Shown here piece by piece: positions 54,329 through 63,380 of a stretch of 64,000 nt of DNA (its first letter is position 1; every line of letters begins with the position of its first letter). The position numbers and the translations under genes are program-made. Under the pieces are notes generated by a model that was not told the DNA's origin, made no database searches, and saw only the letters and a program-made list of their open reading frames with translations. This stretch comes from a virus: IMG/VR virus record IMGVR_UViG_3300045988_117710. One strand, given 5' to 3'.

Positions 54329-56355
54329 TGATTGATAGTACTGCAAGAGATTATGAAAAGATTTTTGAAGAGTTAAAGCGTTTAGCAAAAGAGTATTCAG
54401 CAGGTCGTTGGACTGATTTCACTGATGGTGATTTTGGTACTGTTATTATTCACTTACTTTCTTATGTTGGTGATTTATTATCGAATCAGATAGATACTAC
54501 TGCTAATGAGTTGTTCTTGTTTACTGCAGAAGAACGTACAAGTTTAATGGAGATTGCAAAGCTTGTTGGTTATGAACCTAGACATTTTATGTCTGCTTTG
54601 GCAACTATTAAGTTTACAGCTTCTGAAGATATCACAATTCCTAGATGGGCAACTTGGAAAGGTGCAGGATTTGAATTTCATAATATTAAACCACAAAGTT
54701 TCTTAAAGGGTGAAAATACTATTTATGTTTATGAGGGTACTCTTACTACACGTACTTTTACTTATAATGATATAGATGAGAATGGGTGTATTAATCTTCA
54801 AGATTATTATGTAGCATTTAATACAGTTCATTTAGATTTAACTAATGGTACTTTATCTGGTGAAGTACCACAAGTGGAAGATGCTAGATTTAATACTGGT
54901 GATAGTTTTACTTTCTCTTGTCATTTAGGTTTAGATGGTTTTGTTTATATTCAACTTCCATCATTCTGGCAAGATACATTAAGTCAATCATCTAAATTGG
55001 TTTTCTCTTATTTAAGATGTCATGGTGAGTCTGGTAATATTGAGAATAATATTATTACTACTTTAGATCATAGTGTAGGTAATTATATCACTATTGATGA
55101 ACAGCTTCCAGCTATTGGTGGTTTATCACCAGAGACTGTTTCTGAAATGAAACTTAATACTATGGTGTTTGCAAGAACAATGCATACAATTGTTACGAAG
55201 AAGGATTTTGAAGATTTATCTAGATTTGTTCCTTCAGTAGCTACTTTAAGAGCATTAGATTATTTAGATAAAGAGTCTGGTTATGTTCAACCAAGTCCTC
55301 CTAATGGATATCCTAATGATGCTTATAAGACTAAGTTAGTTGTAGTTCCTGCTAATGCAAATGAGAGTTCTATTTGGTATACAGATTCTGCTACTGGTGA
55401 GAAAGAGTTAACTGAAGTTGGTGTAGCTCTTAAAGAGTTTGTTGATGATAAGAGATTAGCAACTCTTTACATTGAGTATGAAGATCCTACTTATATAGTT
55501 CCAGATATTATTCTTTATCTTTATATGGATGATTTTGCAATTCGTAAGAATGCTATTTCATCTGCTGTAGTTGATTTTATTAAAACTACTTTTGGTAGAT
55601 ATGAAACTAAGATTGGTCAATCAATTCGTGGTTCTGTTATTGGTAAACAAATACTTAATTACTTTGAAGATATTGATTATGTTAACATAGATACTACTAT
55701 TGTTGGTGAACAAGAAGGTGAGGAAGAAGGATTTGAGTTTGATATTAAAGCTGGTCCTTTAGAATTCATTGATATGGCAAATGCTAAATATACAGTATAT
55801 GTTAATGATACACTTCAATATGTTCCAGATGGTAACTCTATTGTTAGGTTAGGTTTAGCCGAAAGTACAAATCTTAATTTAAATTCTCAATATAACTTCT
55901 TGCAATTTTATGTAACTAAAGAAGATTATGAGAAGAATAAGAGTTTAGTAGCATCTGGAGTTAAACCTTTATGGGAAGAAGATGGTCGTAAGTTAGTTCT
56001 TACAATTCCTAATGATATGATGGTTTCTGTTAATAATTCTAGTGCTGTATTCTATCAAGGTTTATGGGATATTGAAACATCTTATGGTCAAGATGATTAT
56101 GTTGTTTACTTTGGTGATGAAGAATTAGTATTTAGTGGTATGTATAATTCAGCTGTTTCTTATGGTAAGAAGAATTATGTATTCAATGATGGATACTATT
56201 ATGAATCATTAATAGATGAGAATAATAAAGCGTTGACAGATGGCTCTGCTTGGAGTAAGATGAGTTGTTACTATCGTTCAACTTCTGATTATAATAAAGA
56301 GAATGTTCCAAGTATTTCAGATAATTGGGTAACATTTGACCCATATACAGAGTAA
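54328..56355 (+). CDS. baseplate J-like protein (675 aa)
   Basis: AAAGGAG RBS; N-terminal TDFTDGDFGTVIIHLLSYVGDLL...LFLFTAEERTSLMEIAKLVGYEPR typical of Baseplate_J. Confidence 0.65.
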   Translation: MIDSTARDYEKIFEELKRLAKEYSAGRWTDFTDGDFGTVIIHLLSYVGDLLSNQIDTTANELFLFTAEERTSLMEIAKLVGYEPRHFMSALATIKFTASEDITIPRWATWKGAGFEFHNIKPQSFLKGENTIYVYEGTLTTRTFTYNDIDENGCINLQDYYVAFNTVHLDLTNGTLSGEVPQVEDARFNTGDSFTFSCHLGLDGFVYIQLPSFWQDTLSQSSKLVFSYLRCHGESGNIENNIITTLDHSVGNYITIDEQLPAIGGLSPETVSEMKLNTMVFARTMHTIVTKKDFEDLSRFVPSVATLRALDYLDKESGYVQPSPPNGYPNDAYKTKLVVVPANANESSIWYTDSATGEKELTEVGVALKEFVDDKRLATLYIEYEDPTYIVPDIILYLYMDDFAIRKNAISSAVVDFIKTTFGRYETKIGQSIRGSVIGKQILNYFEDIDYVNIDTTIVGEQEGEEEGFEFDIKAGPLEFIDMANAKYTVYVNDTLQYVPDGNSIVRLGLAESTNLNLNSQYNFLQFYVTKEDYEKNKSLVASGVKPLWEEDGRKLVLTIPNDMMVSVNNSSAVFYQGLWDIETSYGQDDYVVYFGDEELVFSGMYNSAVSYGKKNYVFNDGYYYESLIDENNKALTDGSAWSKMSCYYRSTSDYNKENVPSISDNWVTFDPYTE

Positions 56356-56367
56356 TAGGAGTTGATT

Positions 56368-56958
56368 ATGAAGGCGATTAATAGATTGTTAGAAGCTACT
56401 AATTTTAAGAAATACAGAAAGTATATTGAAAGAGATTTATTACCAGCTATTGAGAGATATTTAGGATTTAAGTTAAGTCCTGTTATTGGTTCTGATTCTT
56501 CTTATGGTCGTGCTTATAAAGCAGTTACTAGTCTAGATGGTAAGTATCTTAATTTCGTTTTAAACTTTACTACTAATGATATTGGTATTAAGGATGATAA
56601 AGCATTGGTAGCTGATTTAATTGTTAATGGTAGAAGTTATCCTTCTTATATTACTTGTACTAGTGTAGAGGATGATATAGATTCTTGTGCAGTTGCTTTT
56701 GAGAAAGCAAGTAGAGATTTTGATGTTGATCTTGCATTAGATGATTATAAGTTAGAAGAGTCTGATGGGTTAGATATTGCAGGTAAAGCAATTGATGAAT
56801 TCAATGATTCTGAAAAGACTTTAGATGATTATAATAAGGTTCTTAATATTATTTCTAAGTTAGAATGGTATAATAAGATAAGTCGTTCACAGTATGATGA
56901 ATATCTTGAACGAGTTAAGAAGATTCTAGCAAGTAGAGATGTTAAGGTTGAGAAGTAA
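56368..56958 (+). CDS. hypothetical tail/baseplate-associated protein (196 aa)
   Basis: TAGGAG RBS. Confidence 0.5.
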   Translation: MKAINRLLEATNFKKYRKYIERDLLPAIERYLGFKLSPVIGSDSSYGRAYKAVTSLDGKYLNFVLNFTTNDIGIKDDKALVADLIVNGRSYPSYITCTSVEDDIDSCAVAFEKASRDFDVDLALDDYKLEESDGLDIAGKAIDEFNDSEKTLDDYNKVLNIISKLEWYNKISRSQYDEYLERVKKILASRDVKVEK

Positions 56959-56984
56959 CAGTTTAGAAACTGTTACTTTTTTCG
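56957..56984 (+). terminator. rho-independent terminator
   Basis: taacagtttagaaactgtta + CTTTTTT. Confidence 0.65.
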
Positions 56985-56990
56985 TATAAT
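56979..56990 (+). promoter_or_regulatory. TTTTCGTATAAT promoter-like motif
   Basis: Exact family consensus after terminator. Confidence 0.5.
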
Positions 56991-57041
56991 ATTCTAGGAA
57001 TCATCGAGTTGATGTCGTATAATTGATTGAGAGGTGATATT

Positions 57042-57542
57042 ATGGAAGCTTCTACAGAGACTAAGCAATTGTATAATTATTTACAACCTTTGGGGTTGAG
57101 TAATATGAATAGAGCTTTGCTTGCGAAGTTAAATTTTGATAAGTTTGATTTAGATACAGATTTAGTATTTTGTTGCAAAAGAAGTTGTGCTAATGAAGTT
57201 TTCTTAAAGTTATTATTTGCTTTGAAGACAAGTGATTCTTATAAGGTTATTCCTTTATCAAGATTGTGTGCAATTAATGATGCCTATAAGACAGGTTATG
57301 TTGATCCTGATTATGGAGCATTGGCAGGTATTACTGATACTAAGATTTTGTTTATTACTTCTGGAGGGTTTGAAGTTCCTAGTTATGTTGGTAACATTTT
57401 AGATGTTTTGATTCAGACTCGTAGACCTGCTGGGTTAAAGACTTTTGTATTCCATCTAGGAGATAAGACTGAGTTCTTATCATACAAGAGTACTTCTTTA
57501 ACTAGATTACATTCATTGAGTGTTGGAGGTAGTAAGGTATGA
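57042..57542 (+). CDS. hypothetical protein (166 aa), possible helicase-associated factor
   Basis: GAGAGGTGA RBS; translationally coupled to DnaB-like gene. Confidence 0.5.
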   Translation: MEASTETKQLYNYLQPLGLSNMNRALLAKLNFDKFDLDTDLVFCCKRSCANEVFLKLLFALKTSDSYKVIPLSRLCAINDAYKTGYVDPDYGALAGITDTKILFITSGGFEVPSYVGNILDVLIQTRRPAGLKTFVFHLGDKTEFLSYKSTSLTRLHSLSVGGSKV

Positions 57543-59056
57543 CGAATAAGGGTAAAGAGAGTCAAGTTGTTGCTAGAAAGTATGAGTTCAAGGATATCTT
57601 TGTTAACTTATTTGATAGTGATGAGACTCGAATTAATGATTTTATAGGAGCATTAGAATCTAATGAAGTTCTGTATTGGAATGAAGTAGCTGCTTTGAAT
57701 GGTTTCAAGCAATTACTAAAGGATTCTGGTGGAATTCCTACTATTGATTTATTTATGACAACTTTTCCAGATTCTAGTGCTGAGTGTGATTCTAGTTTTA
57801 AGACTAATGATTTGTTAGGTACTATTCGATTATTCATTAGACAAAGAAAGAATATTTTAGCTGCTAATGCTTTAAGTTCATGTGTTAGTGTTGTCATGAG
57901 GGATGGAGTTACACCAGAGATTAGTGATGAGATTAGTAATATTCTTAAATCTGATGTTGTTGAAATTAAGTATGAAAATATCATAGACAGGATTGAAGAA
58001 AGATATGAAATGTCTGTTGAGAATTCTGGCATCAAGACAGGTATTGAACAAGTAGACCAAGTTATTGGTGGTCTTAAAGCTGGTCAAGTGTCAGTTGTAG
58101 CAGGATTCACAGGAATGGGTAAATCTATTTGTTCTGTTAGTATTATGCATGCGGCTGTTGAACAAGGATATAATGTTTGTTATATTTCTCTTGAACTTAG
58201 TGCTGACCATTTAATGTATAATATGATTTCGAGACATTCTCTTGAGACTAAGTTCTCAAAGAAGATTGAGCACAGACATCTTAAATCAAAGACTTTAAGT
58301 AGAACTGATTGGGATTATGTTAAGTCTGATATTCTACCTGATTTGAGAAATATGCCTGGTAAGTTCTATATCCTAGATGAACAAGATATTGAAGGTTATA
58401 ATTATTATTCCTTTGATAATAAGTTACAAGAGATTGAGAATTTATGTTTTAAGGAAACTGGTAAAGGTCTTGATTTAATAATTGTTGACCACATTCAGAT
58501 GTTAGCTTTCTCTGATCAGGGTTCTAAACTTTCAGAGAATACTGTTATTAATAGATGGTGTAACTATTTCAGAAGTCAGTGTCTAGACTTTCTGAAATCA
58601 AAGAGACAGATTCATGTTATTCTGGTTGCTCAGATTAACCGTCAAGGTTATTTGAAAGCTGCAAGAAATAATGGGATGTATGATATGACTGCTCTTAAGG
58701 AAGCAAATGAAATTGAAACTTGTGCATCTGTTATATTGGGTATTTATTCTGATACTTCTCTGATTACTTCTAATCAGACTAAGGTTGGTATTCTGAAGAA
58801 CAGGGATGGTAGTCGTGTTGGAGATGCATATCAAGTACCTGCTAACTATCCATATCAATTAATTGGTGGTGTTGGTTCTACTATTAAGACGGTTATGGCA
58901 AATGCAACTAGTGATACTCTTAATAATATGTTTGATACTATTGATGCATTTGGTGGAGAGGAAGCTTTCCAAGAAAGTGGTGGCTTTATGCCAGTTGAAC
59001 AAGAAGATGTTGATTTCGTTGCTGATGATGGTTTTGGAATCAATGGTTTAATATAG
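57539..59056 (+). CDS. replicative DNA helicase, DnaB-like (505 aa)
   Basis: GGAGG RBS; Walker A GFTGMGKS, H3-like LIIVDHIQML, QINRQG arginine-finger region. Confidence 0.7.
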   Translation: MTNKGKESQVVARKYEFKDIFVNLFDSDETRINDFIGALESNEVLYWNEVAALNGFKQLLKDSGGIPTIDLFMTTFPDSSAECDSSFKTNDLLGTIRLFIRQRKNILAANALSSCVSVVMRDGVTPEISDEISNILKSDVVEIKYENIIDRIEERYEMSVENSGIKTGIEQVDQVIGGLKAGQVSVVAGFTGMGKSICSVSIMHAAVEQGYNVCYISLELSADHLMYNMISRHSLETKFSKKIEHRHLKSKTLSRTDWDYVKSDILPDLRNMPGKFYILDEQDIEGYNYYSFDNKLQEIENLCFKETGKGLDLIIVDHIQMLAFSDQGSKLSENTVINRWCNYFRSQCLDFLKSKRQIHVILVAQINRQGYLKAARNNGMYDMTALKEANEIETCASVILGIYSDTSLITSNQTKVGILKNRDGSRVGDAYQVPANYPYQLIGGVGSTIKTVMANATSDTLNNMFDTIDAFGGEEAFQESGGFMPVEQEDVDFVADDGFGINGLI

Positions 59057-59068
59057 AAGGAGGATTTT

Positions 59069-59446
59069 ATGGAATTAGAAAATAAGAATGGAGTTAAATT
59101 TAATTTAACTGAAGAAGAGTTTCTAGATGTTAGTGCTGCTGGATTACTTTTGGAACAAAGTTTTGTTGATTTTGAAGGAGAACCTAAAGACTTCATAGAA
59201 TTAGCAAAGCTTCAAGTTCCACAACCAATGTTTTTAGATAGAACTGAGGAATCTTTATTACTTGGTAATTCTATCTTTATTGGTATTTGCACTTATGGTA
59301 AGGATTTTATAGACAAGATGCTTAAGGTTGATGATCCAACTACTGTAGTATTTAGTTTATTTAATTATTCTTTACAAATGATTGATTCTTTGACTAAAGA
59401 TTCGTATAACAATGTAGAAAGTGAGGATGATAGTCATGTTCAATAA
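59069..59446 (+). CDS. hypothetical acidic protein (125 aa)
   Basis: GAAGGAGG RBS. Confidence 0.55.
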   Translation: MELENKNGVKFNLTEEEFLDVSAAGLLLEQSFVDFEGEPKDFIELAKLQVPQPMFLDRTEESLLLGNSIFIGICTYGKDFIDKMLKVDDPTTVVFSLFNYSLQMIDSLTKDSYNNVESEDDSHVQ

Positions 59447-60485
59447 TGATGATTTTAATTTTGATCCGTTTGCAACTGATTTTGAGTTTAGTGAAACAGT
59501 TCAACCTGCACAACCTCAAAAACCAATGCAACCAGTTCAACCAACTCAACAAGTACAACCTGTAAGACCAGTTCAACAAGCTCAACCTACGAGACCTGTT
59601 CAACCGGTACAACCAACACAGCCAGTTAGACCAGTAGCTCCAGTACAACCTGTAGCACCAGTTCAACCAGTAACTCCAGTTCAACAACCTATAGTTGAAC
59701 CTGTTCAAGGAGGAACTGTGTTTGGTTCAAGAACTAATAAGGAGACAGTAGGATTTAATGAACAAATAGTTTCAAAATGGATTGAGTGGAAGAGTTCACT
59801 TAAATCATTCTGCTATTATGATTCTAATGCTAAACAATTAGTTCCTGTTGATCCTAATTTAGAGTTTATTCCTTTAACTGCTACTTTATCAATTAAGGGA
59901 ACTCATCAAGTTGGTAAGAAAGGTACTCCATCATTACATTGGAATAATGTTTATTCAAATGAATTTACTAATTATAATAGCGATTATATTGTAGTTCGTG
60001 AGAAAGATTCTTATAATGGGACTACTGAAGATATCGCTCAAGGAACTTATACTAAAGACATTAAACCAGTTATTAGTGAATTACCTTATGCTAACTTTAC
60101 TATCAATGTATATTGTTTAGTTCGTGGTACAGAAGAAGTTGTTAAGTTCATGTTCTATAAATCAAGTCGTGATGTAGGTTTCGACATTAGTAATAATAGA
60201 ATGCAAGGACAATGCTTTAAGTTAGATGCTTATGAAGAAGCTGGTTCTGCTATTAAGTATAACATTCCAGTATTAGCTTTCAGTAGAATTACTATTGAAG
60301 AAGATTCTAAAGCAACTGATTTAGCGAAAGAAATTGAAGCAAAATTATCAGCAAGAAATAAAGCATTTCTTGGAAACTTGATGAAGCAACAACCTGTTCA
60401 ACCAGTTCAACAAAATGTTCAGTTAACTCCAGACCAAGTTGATTACTATAATTCAAGTTATGATGATTTTAACTATATGGGATAG
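59436..60485 (+). CDS. protein with N-terminal Pro/Gln/Val-rich repeat region and globular C-terminal domain (349 aa)
   Basis: GTGAGGA RBS; about 25 tandem PVQP/TQPV-type units at 59500-59700. Confidence 0.55.
   Translation: MFNNDDFNFDPFATDFEFSETVQPAQPQKPMQPVQPTQQVQPVRPVQQAQPTRPVQPVQPTQPVRPVAPVQPVAPVQPVTPVQQPIVEPVQGGTVFGSRTNKETVGFNEQIVSKWIEWKSSLKSFCYYDSNAKQLVPVDPNLEFIPLTATLSIKGTHQVGKKGTPSLHWNNVYSNEFTNYNSDYIVVREKDSYNGTTEDIAQGTYTKDIKPVISELPYANFTINVYCLVRGTEEVVKFMFYKSSRDVGFDISNNRMQGQCFKLDAYEEAGSAIKYNIPVLAFSRITIEEDSKATDLAKEIEAKLSARNKAFLGNLMKQQPVQPVQQNVQLTPDQVDYYNSSYDDFNYMG
59500..59700 (+). repeat. degenerate short tandem repeats (cca/gtt/caa-based) encoding (Q/R/A)PVQP units
   Basis: Repeated ccagttcaacc / cctgttcaacc / acctgta variants. 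Confidence 0.8.
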
Positions 60486-60510
60486 AGCTCTGTGAGCTCT
60501 TTTTCTTTTC
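60484..60510 (+). terminator. rho-independent terminator
   Basis: agagctc-tgtg-agctct + TTTTCTTTT. Confidence 0.65.
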
Positions 60511-60519
60511 GTATTATAT
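60507..60519 (+). promoter_or_regulatory. TTTCGTATTATAT promoter-like motif
   Basis: Family motif. Confidence 0.45.
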
Positions 60520-60542
60520 AAGTATAGTATGGAGATGTGATT

Positions 60543-61058
60543 ATGAAGATTGATTATTATGATGTGTTGTTATTTATATTTCTTTATGCTGTTGGGTGTA
60601 TTATAATTTATATTTGGCAACATAGAGATACTTTATTTAAAGATGATTATGAAGTAGATAGTGACACTGCTGTTAAGGGTAAGATTTCAAAGACAGATAT
60701 TTTAAATGACAAGATGGTTGCTACTAGCAAGAATTTTCTTTTAGTAAATTCTTTGTTCTTTACTGATAACTATTTTGATTTTAAGAAGTATTTAGAGTTT
60801 GCATCGAATGTTGAGGATGAAGTTAGTTTTTCTGATGCCATTCAAGCTCTTTCTTTGCTTAGTTTATTGGTGAAGGTTAGTTCCGCTCTTAATGAGGATT
60901 TTTACCACCAATTATTCTTTAGTAATCGTGAGGTTATTCCTATTAAGGATGTTAGGGAGAAGATATCTAATGGAGTGTACTCTGGTACTGTAGCAGACTT
61001 TTATGAGATAACTATTTCTCTAATATTTCATTTCAAGAAGTTCTTAATTTATAAGTAA
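60543..61058 (+). CDS. membrane protein (N-terminal TM), 171 aa
   Basis: GGAGATG RBS; VLLFIFLYAVGCIIIYIW hydrophobic helix. Confidence 0.5.
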   Translation: MKIDYYDVLLFIFLYAVGCIIIYIWQHRDTLFKDDYEVDSDTAVKGKISKTDILNDKMVATSKNFLLVNSLFFTDNYFDFKKYLEFASNVEDEVSFSDAIQALSLLSLLVKVSSALNEDFYHQLFFSNREVIPIKDVREKISNGVYSGTVADFYEITISLIFHFKKFLIYK

Positions 61059-61097
61059 CTTTTATATATTATCATAGAACGTTAGGAGATTATAATT

Positions 61098-61370
61098 TTG
61101 AAGGATTTAGTTATTAAGTGCTGTAGCTGCAACGAAGAATTTACATTTGATGTTGGAGAACAAGATTATTACAAGAAGAATAATCTATATTTTCCTAAGA
61201 GATGTAAAGCTTGTCGTAAAGCGAAGCGAGATCAAGTTAATGAACTTGAGAAAGATGAAATCACTTCTAGAGGTGATAGTGTTAGTTTAGACAATGTTGA
61301 GAAATATATTTCTAAACAAGATACTAGTTCTGATACGATAGATTATCGTATCTACGGTTATTATATTTAG
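61098..61370 (+). CDS. zinc-ribbon protein (90 aa)
   Basis: TAGGAG RBS, TTG start; CCSCNEEF...RCKACRK. Confidence 0.45.
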   Translation: MKDLVIKCCSCNEEFTFDVGEQDYYKKNNLYFPKRCKACRKAKRDQVNELEKDEITSRGDSVSLDNVEKYISKQDTSSDTIDYRIYGYYI

Positions 61371-61385
61371 TTTAAGGAGAACTGT

Positions 61386-61634
61386 ATGCAAAACTTTAGA
61401 ATGTTATTAATGACATCAAAACCAAATCCAACTAGTACAGGAGTTTATACTTTCTACTCTGAAGCTGGTGATGGACTTACATGGTCAACTACTAATGTTG
61501 ATGAAGCTCTAGAAATGTATAAGAATTTATTAAGTGTTTATACAACTACTGAAATGTTTTTAGTGGATATGGTAGACATTGAAGTAATTATTCGTGATAG
61601 AGATACTCTTACTGAAGAGACAATTTCTGAATAA
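61386..61634 (+). CDS. hypothetical protein (82 aa)
   Basis: AAGGAGAA RBS. Confidence 0.55.
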   Translation: MQNFRMLLMTSKPNPTSTGVYTFYSEAGDGLTWSTTNVDEALEMYKNLLSVYTTTEMFLVDMVDIEVIIRDRDTLTEETISE

Positions 61635-61650
61635 TTCGTATTGTTATTAA

Positions 61651-61678
61651 GGTCAACTATTTAGTTGACTTTTTCTTT
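61651..61678 (+). terminator. rho-independent terminator
   Basis: ggtcaact-attt-agttgac + TTTTTC. Confidence 0.6.
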
Positions 61679-61738
61679 TGTTTCTATATATTTTAAAGAA
61701 CAATAAGTTGTATATTATTATAGAATAGGAGGGCTATT

Positions 61739-62008
61739 ATGAAGTTAGTTGTAGAAAGAAAAGCATTAGATAAGGACAATATTAGTTTTTTATTTGAGTT
61801 GTCATCTGTCAATAATGTAATTTTCTCTACGAAGGTTAAGAAACTTTTAGACAAAGGTTTTGTTCCTGATTCAAAAGGATATTTACACAGAGGTACTACT
61901 TACATTACCGAAAGTAATGGGTTTTATCATTTAACAAAGTTTAGTTCTATTTGGCATAATGGTGTACCTGTTAGAGAGGATATAAATGTGTTACATATTT
62001 TAGATTGA
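61739..62008 (+). CDS. hypothetical protein (89 aa)
   Basis: TAGGAGGG RBS. Confidence 0.55.
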   Translation: MKLVVERKALDKDNISFLFELSSVNNVIFSTKVKKLLDKGFVPDSKGYLHRGTTYITESNGFYHLTKFSSIWHNGVPVREDINVLHILD

Positions 62009-62036
62009 AATGCATTTGTAGATAGTAGGAGAAATT

Positions 62037-63380
62037 ATGAATAATTTAGTGATTGCAAATCCCGAAAGGTTGGATGATCAGTCTTTTAAAATTACTATTG
62101 CTGGAAAAGACTATGAATATGAAATTTCAGAAGATAAGGATATTGATAAAGTAATAGCCAAGTTAGTTCAATGGATTTCAAGAGGAGATGATTCTTTTGG
62201 AGGGTTATATGATTATATTAAACGTAGTTTCCAATTAGTTGGTGAGTACGAGGAACCTGTTGTTGAAGATGAGCTTCCTGAAGAACCAAAATCTATCTTA
62301 CCATCTGACGGTCAAGATTTAGATGATGTTCAATCTAATGAACTAGAATTCAAAGTAGATATACTTTCTAGTAGTGAAGTTAGTGTTTCTCTTGGAGAAT
62401 TTTCTGCAGTATTTAATCTAGCTGGTAATGCAGATAATTTTGAGACTGAGTTGAGAGAATTAATTAAAGATGAAATGACTCTTAAAGATAGAATTGATTT
62501 AAATACTTTTCTTGTTAAAGAACTCGATACTGATAATTCAGTAGATGTTTATAATCTATCTGGTTTGGTTCTTGATCCAAACTTTGAGATAGTTTCTAGT
62601 GTTGAAGGTGAAGAACTTACAGATTTAGCTGTGGATGGAGAACATGAAGTTCCAGATATTGTTATCGGTGATACAACAGATGAGGTTGATATTCCTAGTG
62701 ATGATGCCGAGGTTGTTGATACTGAAGAAGTTGTGTCTGATGAAGATACAGAAGATGATTTAGAAGATGAAGCTCTTAATGCTGAAGAAGATTTAACAGA
62801 TGATTATGAACCTAGTGAGGATGAAGAGTCTGAAGAGGATGATTCAGATGAAGAGGATGATGAAGATTCTAAATCAAAGAAGAAATCAAAGAAGAAATCT
62901 AAGAAGTCAAAGAAGAAATCGAAGAAGAAATCCAAGAAAGAATCTTATGATGCTTTTGGTAATCTCTTAACTGAAGATGAGGTGTTTGATGGTGTAATTG
63001 ATTTACCTGTTGAACCAACTGAAATAGATTTTACAGACGAAGAAGTCGAAGATAAGTTTACTCTTGAAGATTTAATTGTTTCTGAAGATTTCCTAAGTAG
63101 TTTAAGAGATTTAGGTTTATCTTTATTCAAATTTACTAATAAGGATAATAATTTAGAGAATTTATACTTTGTTGGTGGTATTAATAGTAATGATGGTACT
63201 CTTTACACTTTAACCTACCAAATGGGAGATTCGTATAGTACATTAGATGGAGAATTTGAAGATCTATCTACTAATGAATATGAACTATCTAATATTGAGG
63301 ACTTAACTATTGTTACTAACTATTTAAGTAAGTTATTAGATTTGGTTTATAATAGAGAGTTAGGAGAGGACAATGAGTAA
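62037..63380 (+). CDS. highly acidic protein with central (KKSKK)n basic repeat (447 aa)
   Basis: TAGGAGAA RBS; long D/E runs flanking KKSKKKSKKSKKKSKKKSKK. Confidence 0.6.
   Translation: MNNLVIANPERLDDQSFKITIAGKDYEYEISEDKDIDKVIAKLVQWISRGDDSFGGLYDYIKRSFQLVGEYEEPVVEDELPEEPKSILPSDGQDLDDVQSNELEFKVDILSSSEVSVSLGEFSAVFNLAGNADNFETELRELIKDEMTLKDRIDLNTFLVKELDTDNSVDVYNLSGLVLDPNFEIVSSVEGEELTDLAVDGEHEVPDIVIGDTTDEVDIPSDDAEVVDTEEVVSDEDTEDDLEDEALNAEEDLTDDYEPSEDEESEEDDSDEEDDEDSKSKKKSKKKSKKSKKKSKKKSKKESYDAFGNLLTEDEVFDGVIDLPVEPTEIDFTDEEVEDKFTLEDLIVSEDFLSSLRDLGLSLFKFTNKDNNLENLYFVGGINSNDGTLYTLTYQMGDSYSTLDGEFEDLSTNEYELSNIEDLTIVTNYLSKLLDLVYNRELGEDNE
62871..62940 (+). repeat. tandem 12-15-bp AAG/AAA/TCA repeats encoding (S)KKKSKK units
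   Basis: tcaaagaagaaatcaaagaagaaatctaagaagtcaaagaagaaatcgaagaagaaatccaagaaag. Confidence 0.85.
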
